Origin: a virus
Lineage: Duplodnaviria; Heunggongvirae; Uroviricota; Caudoviricetes
Strand: one strand, 5' to 3'
IMG/VR virus record: IMGVR_UViG_3300028898_000252
Location: 93,946 to 157,945 of that record
DNA length: 64,000 nt
The notes beneath the pieces were generated by a model that saw nothing but the letters and a program-made list of their open reading frames with translations, made no database searches and was not told the DNA's origin. Shown piece by piece: positions 28,801 through 38,437 of this stretch (positions within the stretch are counted from its first letter, which is position 1; every line of letters begins with the position of its first letter). The position numbers and the translations under genes are program-made.

Positions 28801-29868
28801 GACCATCCTTGAAAACGCTATGTTGAAAGCAGCATTTACATCGGCATGATCAACGTGCCCACAGTTTTGGCACTTAAATAATTTTCTTTCCCTATTTCCT
28901 TTTAAACCACAACGAGAGCAGTTTTGAGAAGTCCAAGCAGGAACAATTTCAATAACACTTACACCAGACAAAAAAGCCTTATATTTTATAAATTGTTTAA
29001 ATTTATAAAATGGCCAAGAGTTTAAGGTGAAGTTGCTTTCTTTATGGTATTTCTTCGTATTTTTCTTTGATATTCCTTTTAGGTTTTCTATCTTAATTCC
29101 ACAACCAGTTGCTTTTGCTTCTTTTACAATTACAGTTGTTACCTTATGAAGAGTATCGTTTACTATATTTTTTGCCCTGTTTCCAAGTTTTTTAATAGGT
29201 AAATGACAATTCTTTTGTTGAAGGTTTTTTCTTATTTTCTTGTACTTGTTTTGAACATGAGGAATTGATTTCCCAAATTTCTTAACCTTGCCTGTTGCTT
29301 GGTTTGCTATTACAATAGAATGAGAAGTTGAGTTTAAATCAATTCCAACAAAATTTTCGGTTTCTTTATTTATTATTTCTTCTTGAAAAGAACAAGAGAT
29401 ATAGGCGTATTCCTTGTCAATTTCTACTTGGTTAACTTTTAGAAAGTTAAAATCAAACCAACAATTTAAGTTTAGTTTTAAACAAGGAACATAGATGTTT
29501 TGGTTTTCTTTATCTGATTTTAAATTTTGACTTGGGATTATTAGTTTTACTTTGTCTTTTTTAATGATTTTAAGGGTTTTGTTTGAATGGTATTTTCTTA
29601 AAATTTGATTAGAAATTTCACTTTTCAAACCAACATGTTTAACATCTTTGGAAGATGGAGTTTTTATTCCTTGTTGAGATTTAGCATATAAAGCAACCTC
29701 ATATGCTTTTTGGAACATGTTTTCAAAATCTTTCTTATGGTGTTTGACTTTAAAAGTTTTGATAAGCATTGAGGATTAAGGATAAGTATGGGTGGGAGTA
29801 TATTTTTACTTGTAAAAAATTCGCATTCATCCCAAGGATAAATCCTTGGGTTTTCTGTTCATATTTTC
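28640..29868 (-). mobile_element. Non-autonomous IS200/IS605-family element (tnpB only)
   Basis: Right end GAAACCCACTGTTAAGAACAGTGGGAGTATGTCAT; left-end hairpin CCCAAGGA-TTTA-TCCTTGGG (29831-29850); no tnpA inside. Left boundary uncertain by several nt. Confidence 0.85.
28660..29769 (-). CDS. tnpB: RNA-guided endonuclease TnpB
   Basis: RuvC-I VGIDL, RuvC-II IENL, Zn finger CSRCG...CQNCG, RuvC-III HADVNAAFNI; the stop codon lies inside the right-end hairpin. Confidence 0.92.
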   Translation of the reverse strand: MLIKTFKVKHHKKDFENMFQKAYEVALYAKSQQGIKTPSSKDVKHVGLKSEISNQILRKYHSNKTLKIIKKDKVKLIIPSQNLKSDKENQNIYVPCLKLNLNCWFDFNFLKVNQVEIDKEYAYISCSFQEEIINKETENFVGIDLNSTSHSIVIANQATGKVKKFGKSIPHVQNKYKKIRKNLQQKNCHLPIKKLGNRAKNIVNDTLHKVTTVIVKEAKATGCGIKIENLKGISKKNTKKYHKESNFTLNSWPFYKFKQFIKYKAFLSGVSVIEIVPAWTSQNCSRCGLKGNRERKLFKCQNCGHVDHADVNAAFNIAFSRMVDPIKNEIGRRGEKAKASPLPMAPSTGNGFEGDPTREQFEEIQETHC

Positions 29869-30227
29869 GTAAAATAAATATGAGTTTGGAAACTTTCGGC
29901 CCTGAAAAATTTAGTAAATCTAAACTGTCCAGTGGGGAGCAGCGTTAATGATTCTATTATTTCATTTCCTTTTAATAAAAAGACTTTTGAAAACCACTTA
30001 GAAAACCATCTATTAAGAGATATCCCTATAAATTTCTCATTAAAATTTTTCTCGTACCAATCTACTGCTTTTAGTATATTAAAAGGATATTCATCACTAA
30101 ATTGTAATACCTTAGTTTTTGTTATTGGCGCTTCGTAAATACTAAAACAAATAGTTTCACTTGTTTGAAACCGTTCATTTTCGATATAAGTATACTCAAT
30201 ATTCTTTTTGATTGCCTTTAGTCTCAC
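29859..30227 (-). pseudogene. 5' fragment of the gene interrupted by the TnpB element
   Basis: YEKNFNEKFIG matches YEKIFKHTFNS (31189) and YFEIFKEPFSG (31767); shorter than both paralogs and ends at the element's left end. Confidence 0.7.
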
Positions 30228-30688
30228 CTTGTTACTATCACCCTTGCTGGTTCTACAAAGTTAACTCCAACCGTTTTTAATTTTGTTATTCTTTCTTGTG
30301 AAGTAATTAACAAATCATTAAATCTTTCGTTTTTTACCCCATCTTTGTCCAAACTTTCAATCACATAAAAATAATTTTCATTTGTAAATCTTTCCGCGAT
30401 GTATTTTCTTAAATGACCCGAGAAAAATCCTATTTCTATGCTTGATTCTATGTTTTTTACAATTTTTACTATTTCTTTATTTGAAAAATTCGACCTGTAA
30501 TGTTTGTATAGCGGTGAAGCAATTTTTCTTTTTTGAGAAAACCAAATTTTTTTCTTTATCCTGATAACGTCGTTTTGAGAAACAACCGCCCCATAACCAA
30601 AAATAAAAGAAGCGCCTTTCCAGAAATTTAACATTCCAGCAAATTCATATTCAAACTTATTTTTAAGAGGATTAAAATATTCTCTCAT
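30224..30688 (-). CDS. Hypothetical protein (paralog pair A)
   Basis: KIWFSQKRK...FNDLLITSQERI; similar to 30685..31182. Confidence 0.75.
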   Translation of the reverse strand: MREYFNPLKNKFEYEFAGMLNFWKGASFIFGYGAVVSQNDVIRIKKKIWFSQKRKIASPLYKHYRSNFSNKEIVKIVKNIESSIEIGFFSGHLRKYIAERFTNENYFYVIESLDKDGVKNERFNDLLITSQERITKLKTVGVNFVEPARVIVTR

Positions 30689-31182
30689 TTCGTTACAATT
30701 ATTTGTCCTCTCGTTGTTATTTTGGCTCCAAGATATCTCAATTCATTCAGGCGCTCTTCTGTACAAAACAAAAGATCAGGGAAAATTTCATTGCTTAAAA
30801 AAACGGTTTTATCGCCAAATAAATCTTTATTATATTCAAAAGAAACATGGTAAATATAAGGCATTACTGTTAAATTCGTTTCAACATCTTTTGAAGCATC
30901 ATGAGCATCATAAATCATTAATTTCATATCTTTTTCTATCGATTTACAAGTTTTTTCCAAACCTTCTTTTGAAAACCCATATTTCTTATTTAAGAGATAA
31001 TGTTTCTTAAAAAGAGACTTTAGTTTTCTTTTTTGTGAAAAATAAATTTTCGATAAGATCACAACTTTTGTTGTTCTGAATGCGTTAATTGGAAACCAAT
31101 GGTTGAAATAAGCATAATTTGGTTGGCATCCTACTGTAAATTGAATAAATGTACACATATGCCCATTGTATGAATTTATCAT
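30685..31182 (-). CDS. Hypothetical protein (paralog pair A)
   Basis: KIYFSQKRK...FPDLLFCTEERL. Confidence 0.75.
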   Translation of the reverse strand: MINSYNGHMCTFIQFTVGCQPNYAYFNHWFPINAFRTTKVVILSKIYFSQKRKLKSLFKKHYLLNKKYGFSKEGLEKTCKSIEKDMKLMIYDAHDASKDVETNLTVMPYIYHVSFEYNKDLFGDKTVFLSNEIFPDLLFCTEERLNELRYLGAKITTRGQIIVTK

Positions 31183-31188
31183 TTATGT

Positions 31189-31719
31189 TTAATTCTCAAA
31201 AAAGGAATTATATACGATGTTATCAATTTTTATATTTTCAAAATCGATTTCAAACCAATCCGTTTGAATAATGTTTTCTTTTTCTAAAATCTGAAACGGA
31301 AATTCTTTTATAGATGTTTCAGTTAAATAACTAAACATTTTATTTGAAGACTGACCCATATATATAAAAGGAAAATCTTTTATTGAGTCAAATTCAATAT
31401 TAGAAAATCCTTTTATCTCACTATCTCGAAAAGTTAGTTGAAAAAATTTTTTCTTAGTAAATTTTGAATAAATAAATATTACTTGCGGTCTACCATTTTT
31501 ATAAAAATATAAATGAAATTCATTAGGATTATAATTTCCAACTACAAAAGAATTAAAAGTATGTTTAAAAATTTTTTCATACTTTCCAAGAAAAAAACCA
31601 ATTTCTTGTTTGGATTTTCCTATTAAAAGAATTTCGTCATCTGTTTTCTTGTTTTTAAACAAACAAGATCCTTCTACTGAGTATTCTGCCACAAGCTTTA
31701 TATCTTTAGGATTTAGCAT
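31189..31719 (-). CDS. Hypothetical protein (paralog family B)
   Basis: YEKIFKHTF; YLTETSIKEFP. Confidence 0.75.
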   Translation of the reverse strand: MLNPKDIKLVAEYSVEGSCLFKNKKTDDEILLIGKSKQEIGFFLGKYEKIFKHTFNSFVVGNYNPNEFHLYFYKNGRPQVIFIYSKFTKKKFFQLTFRDSEIKGFSNIEFDSIKDFPFIYMGQSSNKMFSYLTETSIKEFPFQILEKENIIQTDWFEIDFENIKIDNIVYNSFFEN

Positions 31720-31766
31720 ATGTTCCTTTTTTTGATGTTTGAGACTTAGACACCCTCCCCGATTTT

Positions 31767-32369
31767 CTATTTTTGTAAATCATATTTTATATTTTCACCA
31801 CCCCTTACAAGTGTAAATTTTGGAATTAAATTTTTTATGGTTAATTCAAACAACTCAAAAAATAAATTATCGTCATTTAAAAAAATAGAAGATTCTATAA
31901 TTCCATTTTCAGATAAGTAACTATAAATTTTTTCTCCTGAATTAAGCCGCCTAGAATTTAAAAAAATCATTTTTTTGTTTAAAACATATAATTCATTTGT
32001 TCCTATTACAATTGATGCAGTTCCATTTTCAAAAACAACTGTACTATAAAATTTAGGATCATTTAAATTACATCTTTTCAAACTAAAAGATTCGTCATTT
32101 TTAGGAAAGCAATTAACAAATTCATACATCAAATGATGTGGTTCTTCTATTTTTACAAGACCACTAAAAGGTTCTTTAAATATTTCAAAATACTTTTCTT
32201 TAATACTCGAAACCAATTGTGACTTATCATAATACAATCTGGAATTGTATTCCGTTTTTTCTTGTTCTAAAATAGTTAGACCTTTATCATTTCTATACAA
32301 ACAAAACGAATCACATAAATCATGATAAACCAGCTTAAACTCTTGTTTGTTTGCGGTGTCCACCTGCAT
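31767..32369 (-). CDS. Hypothetical protein (paralog family B)
   Basis: YFEIFKEPFSG; YLSENGII. Confidence 0.75.
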   Translation of the reverse strand: MQVDTANKQEFKLVYHDLCDSFCLYRNDKGLTILEQEKTEYNSRLYYDKSQLVSSIKEKYFEIFKEPFSGLVKIEEPHHLMYEFVNCFPKNDESFSLKRCNLNDPKFYSTVVFENGTASIVIGTNELYVLNKKMIFLNSRRLNSGEKIYSYLSENGIIESSIFLNDDNLFFELFELTIKNLIPKFTLVRGGENIKYDLQK

Positions 32370-32426
32370 AAAATAGTTGCTCCAAATTTGCTCGTAAAGC
32401 CCCTGGTGAGGCTTATATGAAGTTTA

Positions 32427-34259
32427 TTATATTTCAAACCTAAAAACTATTCCTTTTGTTTTGTTATACTTTTTATGATTACAAGCAATTGAAATTGAAG
32501 AAGAATTTATTTTCTCTTTGGATGCTGCCTCGGCAATACTCGCATATGTTTCTAGTACATTTCCATTCGAATCCATCTTCTGGACTCTCTTTAATCCTTT
32601 TCTCTGTTTTGGTTCAAATTTTGGATATAAAGATTTCAATTCTTCATCCTTGTATTCCCATCCAAACCCAAATGCGTTTGCTCCTTTTCCTTCACAAACT
32701 AAAACAATGTTTGAAGCAAGAGGAATTCCATCTGCTGTAAATTTACCAAGTATTTTTGCTGCTTCTGTTGGAGATTCAAAACTTTGAATTACTTCACCTG
32801 TTTCTAAATTAATTTGATTAACCTCTTTAGAGATTATTGCCTTTCTATCAGGTACTCCTGCAACCTCTGCCAAATTAAAAGTTATATCGCCGCTAGTGTT
32901 TTTTACATATCTATCTAAATACCTTTGTTCTTCTTTTAAGAGATCTTCGTCTTTTTGTATTTCTTCAAGAATAAAAAAGGCAAACTCATCTTCTTTGTAT
33001 TTTAGCCAAGAATTCTGAAGATGAGAATTTGCATGTTTTGTAAGTTTTAATTCTGTTATATGATTATTCCATCTAACAAGAAATGAGTTTGTGCTTCCAA
33101 TGTAGTATTTTTTGGTTGGAATATGAACAAACGCATATATTCCTTTTTTTAAATTAAGATTTTCGTATTTTAATGCATCAATAAAAAAGGCATCTTTTAA
33201 AGAAAACTTTTTATCAAAAAATTGAATTTCGAACTCCGCAAGCTTTCTTTTCTCGATTTCTTCTTTTTCCTTTTTTTGTTTGATCCACTTTGATTCCAAT
33301 ATAAACTTCTTTCCAAGTATAAGAATTCTATATTCGATAAAGTCAATTAAAGATTTGGCTTGAACATTGTTTGCTTTACAAAAAGCAATTCTATCTTCTT
33401 TAGTTACTAAAGTAATTTTTTCTTCTGTTTCTATGTTTATGATAGAAACATCTTGCGACTCTGCCATTGGTTCAACCAAACTTGTATCAATATATTCTTT
33501 TTTAAACGAAACTCCTTTAATATTTCTTTCCATCGATTTTTCATTTAAAAAGAAAACTAGAGTCGAATAACTCATATTTAAAATTTCTGCTACTTTGTAA
33601 ATTGTATGATCCTTTACACAAACAGAAACACCAGTTGTGAGATTAGTAACTTTAAGATTGTTCCATTCTTTCTGCCTCGATAAAAAAGACATGTTAGCCT
33701 TTGCTTCTTCGCTCATTTTTGATCCTTTATTACTTGGCGGAAGTAAAGGTTTATATTCTGTTTTACTAGTCTCTTTAAAATTTTCCTTTAAAGTAAAAGG
33801 GCCACAAGTTTTTATAACTCTTCCACCTTCTTCTCCATTTCTTAACATTAGCTTAAAAGAAACAGAATCTAATTTATGTTTTTCGGCAAATTCTTTAAAG
33901 TTTAAAATATCGTTTGAATTAAACTCTTCTTTTGTGTCAATATTTACAAAGATTTTATTCTTCAAATAATCTTTTCTTTGGTTTAAACTCGCTTCATTTC
34001 TTGCTTCTTGAGTTCTTGGAGTTGGAGGTTTAACTTTTCCTGCATGTTTTAATCTTTCTTCAAAAGAGTTGTCTTTGAGAATATATTTCTTATAAAAAGT
34101 TCTTTGAGGATCATTTACCATTCTTTTAAACAAAGTTAAAGAGTTTGTAGGGATTCCTTCCTCTGCTGCCCATCCTCTCCAATTAGACACTTCCTTGGTT
34201 TCTTTTGTTTCTATATTATAAATGTTGTATATGGTTTTTTGTTTGGTATTTTTTTCCAT
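32427..34259 (-). CDS. Free-standing GIY-YIG homing endonuclease with NUMOD repeats
   Basis: GIYAFVHIPTKKYYIGST...RWNNH...LQNSW; NUMOD3-like KMSEEAKANMS; two NUMOD1-like C-terminal repeats (FESPTEAA, YASIAEAA). Confidence 0.88.
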   Translation of the reverse strand: MEKNTKQKTIYNIYNIETKETKEVSNWRGWAAEEGIPTNSLTLFKRMVNDPQRTFYKKYILKDNSFEERLKHAGKVKPPTPRTQEARNEASLNQRKDYLKNKIFVNIDTKEEFNSNDILNFKEFAEKHKLDSVSFKLMLRNGEEGGRVIKTCGPFTLKENFKETSKTEYKPLLPPSNKGSKMSEEAKANMSFLSRQKEWNNLKVTNLTTGVSVCVKDHTIYKVAEILNMSYSTLVFFLNEKSMERNIKGVSFKKEYIDTSLVEPMAESQDVSIINIETEEKITLVTKEDRIAFCKANNVQAKSLIDFIEYRILILGKKFILESKWIKQKKEKEEIEKRKLAEFEIQFFDKKFSLKDAFFIDALKYENLNLKKGIYAFVHIPTKKYYIGSTNSFLVRWNNHITELKLTKHANSHLQNSWLKYKEDEFAFFILEEIQKDEDLLKEEQRYLDRYVKNTSGDITFNLAEVAGVPDRKAIISKEVNQINLETGEVIQSFESPTEAAKILGKFTADGIPLASNIVLVCEGKGANAFGFGWEYKDEELKSLYPKFEPKQRKGLKRVQKMDSNGNVLETYASIAEAASKEKINSSSISIACNHKKYNKTKGIVFRFEI

Positions 34260-34360
34260 TGCACTACAGGTAGTCTAACGCAGGGAATAAACCAGACAAC
34301 AGAAAATCTATTGAGGATTAAGTACTGGTTTAGTTTCAGCTGCGGTTTTCACAAAAGAAA

Positions 34361-34385
34361 AAGGGCAGAAATTATTTCTGCCCTT
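34361..34385 (-). terminator. Rho-independent terminator after the MCP gene
   Basis: AAGGGCAGAAA-3 nt-TTTCTGCCCTT, followed on the minus strand by TTTCTTTT. Confidence 0.8.
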
Positions 34386-34414
34386 GGTTTAGTCTCCTCT
34401 TTTCAGAGAAAAAC

Positions 34415-36316
34415 TTATATTACGTTCATATCGAGAACGGTTACAACCCCGAAGAACGAAGAATTCACCATTTTCATTCCGTTGCGGGTCATTAATCCTC
34501 TACGTGGTGTAAAGTGTTCGGTGTCATACACTGTTGGTGTGAGAACCAATGGAATGTATGGAGCGAAAACGAATCCTGATTCAAGGAATCCAGATCCTTT
34601 TAGACCGATGAGGATTTTGTTACGTGGGAAGTATGGATCGCGGTACACAGTAAAGCGGCCAGCGATTGTTCCAGTTGATTCCGCACCAACACTCATTTGA
34701 TCCGAAACTTGGCCATTTCCGTCAACTTTGTAGTTGGCTTTATAACCTTGTGTAGCTTCAAGAACTGTGCTAACGTCTGGTCCACAAACGATAAAGTTAC
34801 CTGAACCGCGGAGGGTTTTACGGTGAATTTCGTTAGAAACATCGATAATGGTTTCGATGAGTGTTTCGTACCATTCGCGAACTGTACCAGTGAATGCTGG
34901 ACCAGCGGCGAGAGAAGCGGAGCGTAACACTTCAGAACCAGTTTGTTTGTTAACAAATTTACCTGGTGATCTTGACCAGTAGTATCTCGCGGCTTTCGCT
35001 TCAAGAAGTAATTGGTTAAGAATTTCGCGGTCGATTTCGAGTGTGACCATTTCAGAAATGATGTTGGTCAATTCAGCTTCTACGTCCATTGAGTAGAAGG
35101 CAGAAAGGTCTTGCGCCATTTCTGGTGACCAACGAGCGCGAAGTTTTCTAGATTGAGCTGTAACAGCTGTTGATTCAATCTTAATTTCAACTTCTGGAAT
35201 CGCTGGTGTTGGAGGTGTCGCGAAATCAGATTCAAATGGAGAAAGTGTGAGGGCACTTCCGTCTGTGTTAACAGTAAGTGAGTCGGCAATCGCTGCTGAC
35301 ATTGTTACTGGACCCGCTGGTACCGCACCTGTATTGCTTACAGCAATAACGAAAAGTACGTGTGAACCATTGAGGTGATCTGGTGTGAATGTAGAAGTAA
35401 GGTAGTTCCAGTTACCACGTTGGTTTAGTTTACGAAGGTTTTTAACTCCTTGTCCACCTTGGTAAGTTGAATCCCAGTTCGCAACACCGTTAGCTGTTGA
35501 GAAACCAACAATCGCGAGTTGATCAACTGCTCTAAGATCAGCACCTGGGATCTTTGTAAGAACTTCAGATGAAGAAACGAAAGCGAAGCAGTAGTCAAGA
35601 GCCGCATTTTCAACGTCTGTTGAGATTTTGCTATCGTAGTCGATCCAACGAGCGTTAAGACCTGTTACTTCGGCTGCTGTTGCAACTGTATCAGAAGCTG
35701 TCCAAGCTGTACCTGACGCACCGAATGCGCCGATATCTGGAACAACTACAGTTGTTGCTGATTTGTGAACTTTCGAGAATCCAGTTCCAACGTTGTCATA
35801 CATACCACCAGCTGCGTTTATTCCACCGCGGATATCGGCACCAGATGGTGAGCCGAAAACTGATTGTCCTTTTTTGTATGTTGAGGTTGTTGCAGCATCG
35901 CTTAAGCTAAGGCCAGCTGTTCCACCGACGTTTGAACCATATGAATAATCCATATAGAAGATGAGTCCTGATGGAAGGCTCATTGGTTGGACTGAAACTA
36001 ATTCATTAGAAATTAGACCAGCGAAAAGTCTGCGAATGATTGGGAATGCAATGGAAATAAATCCAGCGACTTGGCCGCTAGAAGCAAGACCAGCTCCACC
36101 TAATGAAAGCGCGTTGGCTTCCATGAGGACTTGTGGGTTACGGATCATTTCAGCCGCTTGGTTTTCGAGCAAGCGAGCCATTTTTTGTTTGGCACCTTTG
36201 CTTGTGAAACCGTCTAGGAGGCCGTAACCTTCCCATTTTTGAACTAAGCGATCATCCATTCCGCGATTTGGATTAAGTTCTAAACCTTCTGATAATTGTT
36301 GTAATGTAAAAGACAT
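34415..36316 (-). CDS. Major capsid protein (T4 gp23-like)
   Basis: LLENQ; VSVQPMSLPSGLIFY; RKLRARWSPEMAQDL...EIDREIL; APYIPL; FTPRRGLMTR. Confidence 0.95.
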   Translation of the reverse strand: MSFTLQQLSEGLELNPNRGMDDRLVQKWEGYGLLDGFTSKGAKQKMARLLENQAAEMIRNPQVLMEANALSLGGAGLASSGQVAGFISIAFPIIRRLFAGLISNELVSVQPMSLPSGLIFYMDYSYGSNVGGTAGLSLSDAATTSTYKKGQSVFGSPSGADIRGGINAAGGMYDNVGTGFSKVHKSATTVVVPDIGAFGASGTAWTASDTVATAAEVTGLNARWIDYDSKISTDVENAALDYCFAFVSSSEVLTKIPGADLRAVDQLAIVGFSTANGVANWDSTYQGGQGVKNLRKLNQRGNWNYLTSTFTPDHLNGSHVLFVIAVSNTGAVPAGPVTMSAAIADSLTVNTDGSALTLSPFESDFATPPTPAIPEVEIKIESTAVTAQSRKLRARWSPEMAQDLSAFYSMDVEAELTNIISEMVTLEIDREILNQLLLEAKAARYYWSRSPGKFVNKQTGSEVLRSASLAAGPAFTGTVREWYETLIETIIDVSNEIHRKTLRGSGNFIVCGPDVSTVLEATQGYKANYKVDGNGQVSDQMSVGAESTGTIAGRFTVYRDPYFPRNKILIGLKGSGFLESGFVFAPYIPLVLTPTVYDTEHFTPRRGLMTRNGMKMVNSSFFGVVTVLDMNVI

Positions 36317-36361
36317 AATTTATTTTTTTCTCCGAGTATCTATATTCTATTTAGTATCCAA

Positions 36362-38329
36362 TTAACCAATTTTCTTGTTATTTACTAATTCTCTAAATCT
36401 GTCTGCTGAACCGATTACAATTTTGTCGGCTGCGCCACCTGAATTAACTTGTGGTTTACGAGAGACCGATTCATTGAGGGAACCAGCTTTTTTCTCTGTC
36501 TTTTTCGCAGCGTCTGTTTTCGCTTCGCTTAGTTGCTTTTTGATTCTACCAAAAATTCTTTTTGCATCTTCAGGATTTTTTGCTCTATCAATATATTCAA
36601 CAACTAATTCTTTTTGTTTTTTAGATAGACCGTCGTAGTTTGCAAAAATTTTATTTACATATAAAGAACGAGCAGCAACTGTCTCTAATTCTTTTGTATA
36701 TTCTTTAAGAGATTTGATTTGTTTTGATTCTTGTAGACTTGATTCCATATCTTCTGGAGATTTTGTTTCATCCATATCATATTCTTCGTCTACAGCTTCT
36801 TCGTCATCCATAACGATTTCGAACATGTCTTCTTCGTTAAGATCTTCTCCATCAGAAGAAAGGGTCATGTCGTCTTCATCGCCATCTGAATCAACAAGAT
36901 CAACTTTAGATCCAACCGCGTCAGCACCAGCAACTTTACCATCAGTTGTTATGGTAATTGTGGTTTGTCCACCAGATGAATCCATGCCGCCACATTCATC
37001 CATTTCTTTTTCGGCAGCAGCAAGTTGTTCTTTTAGTTTTTTAACTTTTTTGGCCGCTTCTGCTTTTTTTGCCGCGTCTTTGGAAACTGGTTTTCCAACT
37101 TTTTTAGATGATTTTTTGCTTTCCATAACTGATTCTTCAGTTGAACCAAGCATTTCATCCATTTCTTTTTCTAGAGCAGCAATTTCTTCGTCAAGGCTCA
37201 TATCAGATTCGTCAGATTCAACTTCTTCTTCCATGACATCTTCTTTAAGAAGAGATTCGTCTTCTTTTGCTTTGTGTTTGAAAGGAGCTTGTTTTCCTCT
37301 TTCTGGATCTACTAATTTTGGTTTTGAGGCAGACGCCGCAGCCTTTCCAGCCTTATCAGCAACTTTTTCAAGTGCATCAAGTGGCTCCGAAACTTTTTCT
37401 ATTGTGCCATCATCCCCAAATCCTGTTTCTAAAGATTCGAGAAGGCTATTTAAAAATGATCTTGTTTTTGGATGAACTTTCATTATTTGATTTCCTTCAG
37501 TAATTTTTTGAGTTCTGTGATAACTATTATACAATTTTTCAGAATTCTGTATTAACTTATAAAGATTTTCCATTTTTAATGATAAAACATCAAATGAAGA
37601 CTCTCTAATTTCTTTTAATTCCTTCATATTTTCTAATTCTGAATATGTTTCTAGAAGTCTATAAGTAAAATCTGTTACTTCTTTTAGTCCAATTTTTTTA
37701 GAAATGAAAGTATTTGCATATTCATTTTCTAATTCTCCAATTCGACTTCTAGCTTCTTCTAGTTTTTCTGGATTGAATTTTTGTTCTGGTTGTGCCGATG
37801 GTTGTGTTTCAGCAGGAAGTTGTTCTGTGGGTTCTGGTGTTGATTCCATAGGTGTTTCTTCCGCGACTGGTGCCGCAGGAGTTGATTCCATTGGCGGTGG
37901 TGCCATTTCTCCTCCAGTTTGGGGGGCCGCCTGTGTTGGTTGTGGAAGCCCAGTTTGTCCAGAAAAAAGAGATTCAAACGAAACAATAACTTTTCCATCT
38001 GCATCAGGGATTGGCATTGAAGCATTTCCACCAACTGGTGTAATTGGCGCACTGAAACTTGTATCAACAGGTTCTGCTGGTGCTGGTACAGCTGGTTCTG
38101 TTGGCTTTGCGTCAGCTAAAGGTTGTTCTGCTGCGGGTTGTGTTTCTGGAGTATCTAAGTTGAGTGTTTCTGGCTCATCTTGTTCCAGTAAGAATCCTTC
38201 AATTTCTTGATCGACTAATTTTTGAATATGTGGTCTATATTTTTTTAGTACATCATTTTCAACTTCTTGTCTTAAAGCTTCTTTTAATTTTTTACTATCC
38301 GCAATAGCTTGTTCGTAAAGTTTTGACAT
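36362..38329 (-). CDS. Prohead scaffold/core protein (gp22-like)
   Basis: Acidic, low-complexity, many L-x-E sites, located between protease and MCP. Confidence 0.65.
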   Translation of the reverse strand: MSKLYEQAIADSKKLKEALRQEVENDVLKKYRPHIQKLVDQEIEGFLLEQDEPETLNLDTPETQPAAEQPLADAKPTEPAVPAPAEPVDTSFSAPITPVGGNASMPIPDADGKVIVSFESLFSGQTGLPQPTQAAPQTGGEMAPPPMESTPAAPVAEETPMESTPEPTEQLPAETQPSAQPEQKFNPEKLEEARSRIGELENEYANTFISKKIGLKEVTDFTYRLLETYSELENMKELKEIRESSFDVLSLKMENLYKLIQNSEKLYNSYHRTQKITEGNQIMKVHPKTRSFLNSLLESLETGFGDDGTIEKVSEPLDALEKVADKAGKAAASASKPKLVDPERGKQAPFKHKAKEDESLLKEDVMEEEVESDESDMSLDEEIAALEKEMDEMLGSTEESVMESKKSSKKVGKPVSKDAAKKAEAAKKVKKLKEQLAAAEKEMDECGGMDSSGGQTTITITTDGKVAGADAVGSKVDLVDSDGDEDDMTLSSDGEDLNEEDMFEIVMDDEEAVDEEYDMDETKSPEDMESSLQESKQIKSLKEYTKELETVAARSLYVNKIFANYDGLSKKQKELVVEYIDRAKNPEDAKRIFGRIKKQLSEAKTDAAKKTEKKAGSLNESVSRKPQVNSGGAADKIVIGSADRFRELVNNKKIG

Positions 38330-38378
38330 TTAAATTCCCTTCTAATTATCTTATAATTTTTAATTATTCTTTCAAATT

Positions 38379-38409
38379 AAAAAAGCCCGCGCTATGAATA
38401 GGCGAGCTT
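38379..38409 (-). terminator. Rho-independent terminator
   Basis: Minus strand AAGCTCGC...GCGGGCTT followed by a T tract, after the 38438 stop. Confidence 0.7.
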
Positions 38410-38437
38410 GATAATTTTTTAACGTTCTTTTTGATTA

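Noticed and set aside
28660-29769. Cas12f/CRISPR system
   Set aside because: No repeat-spacer array or cas genes nearby; IS200/IS605 end hairpins flank the ORF.
29792-29801. GTGGGAGTAT inverted copy of the right-end motif near the left end
   Set aside because: Only 10 bp, and this family does not use terminal inverted repeats; probably chance or a relic.
29770-29870. IStron (group I intron fused to the element)
   Set aside because: Only about 100 nt separate tnpB from the left end, too short for a group I intron core.
34260-34345. Possible tRNA or structured ncRNA between the MCP terminator and the endonuclease
   Set aside because: Only a 7 bp AAACCAG/CTGGTTT pairing; no cloverleaf or T-loop.
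36375-38210. Long antisense ORFs (36375..36638, 36714..37475, 37704..38210)
   Set aside because: Ser-rich mirrors of the acidic scaffold gene's codon bias.
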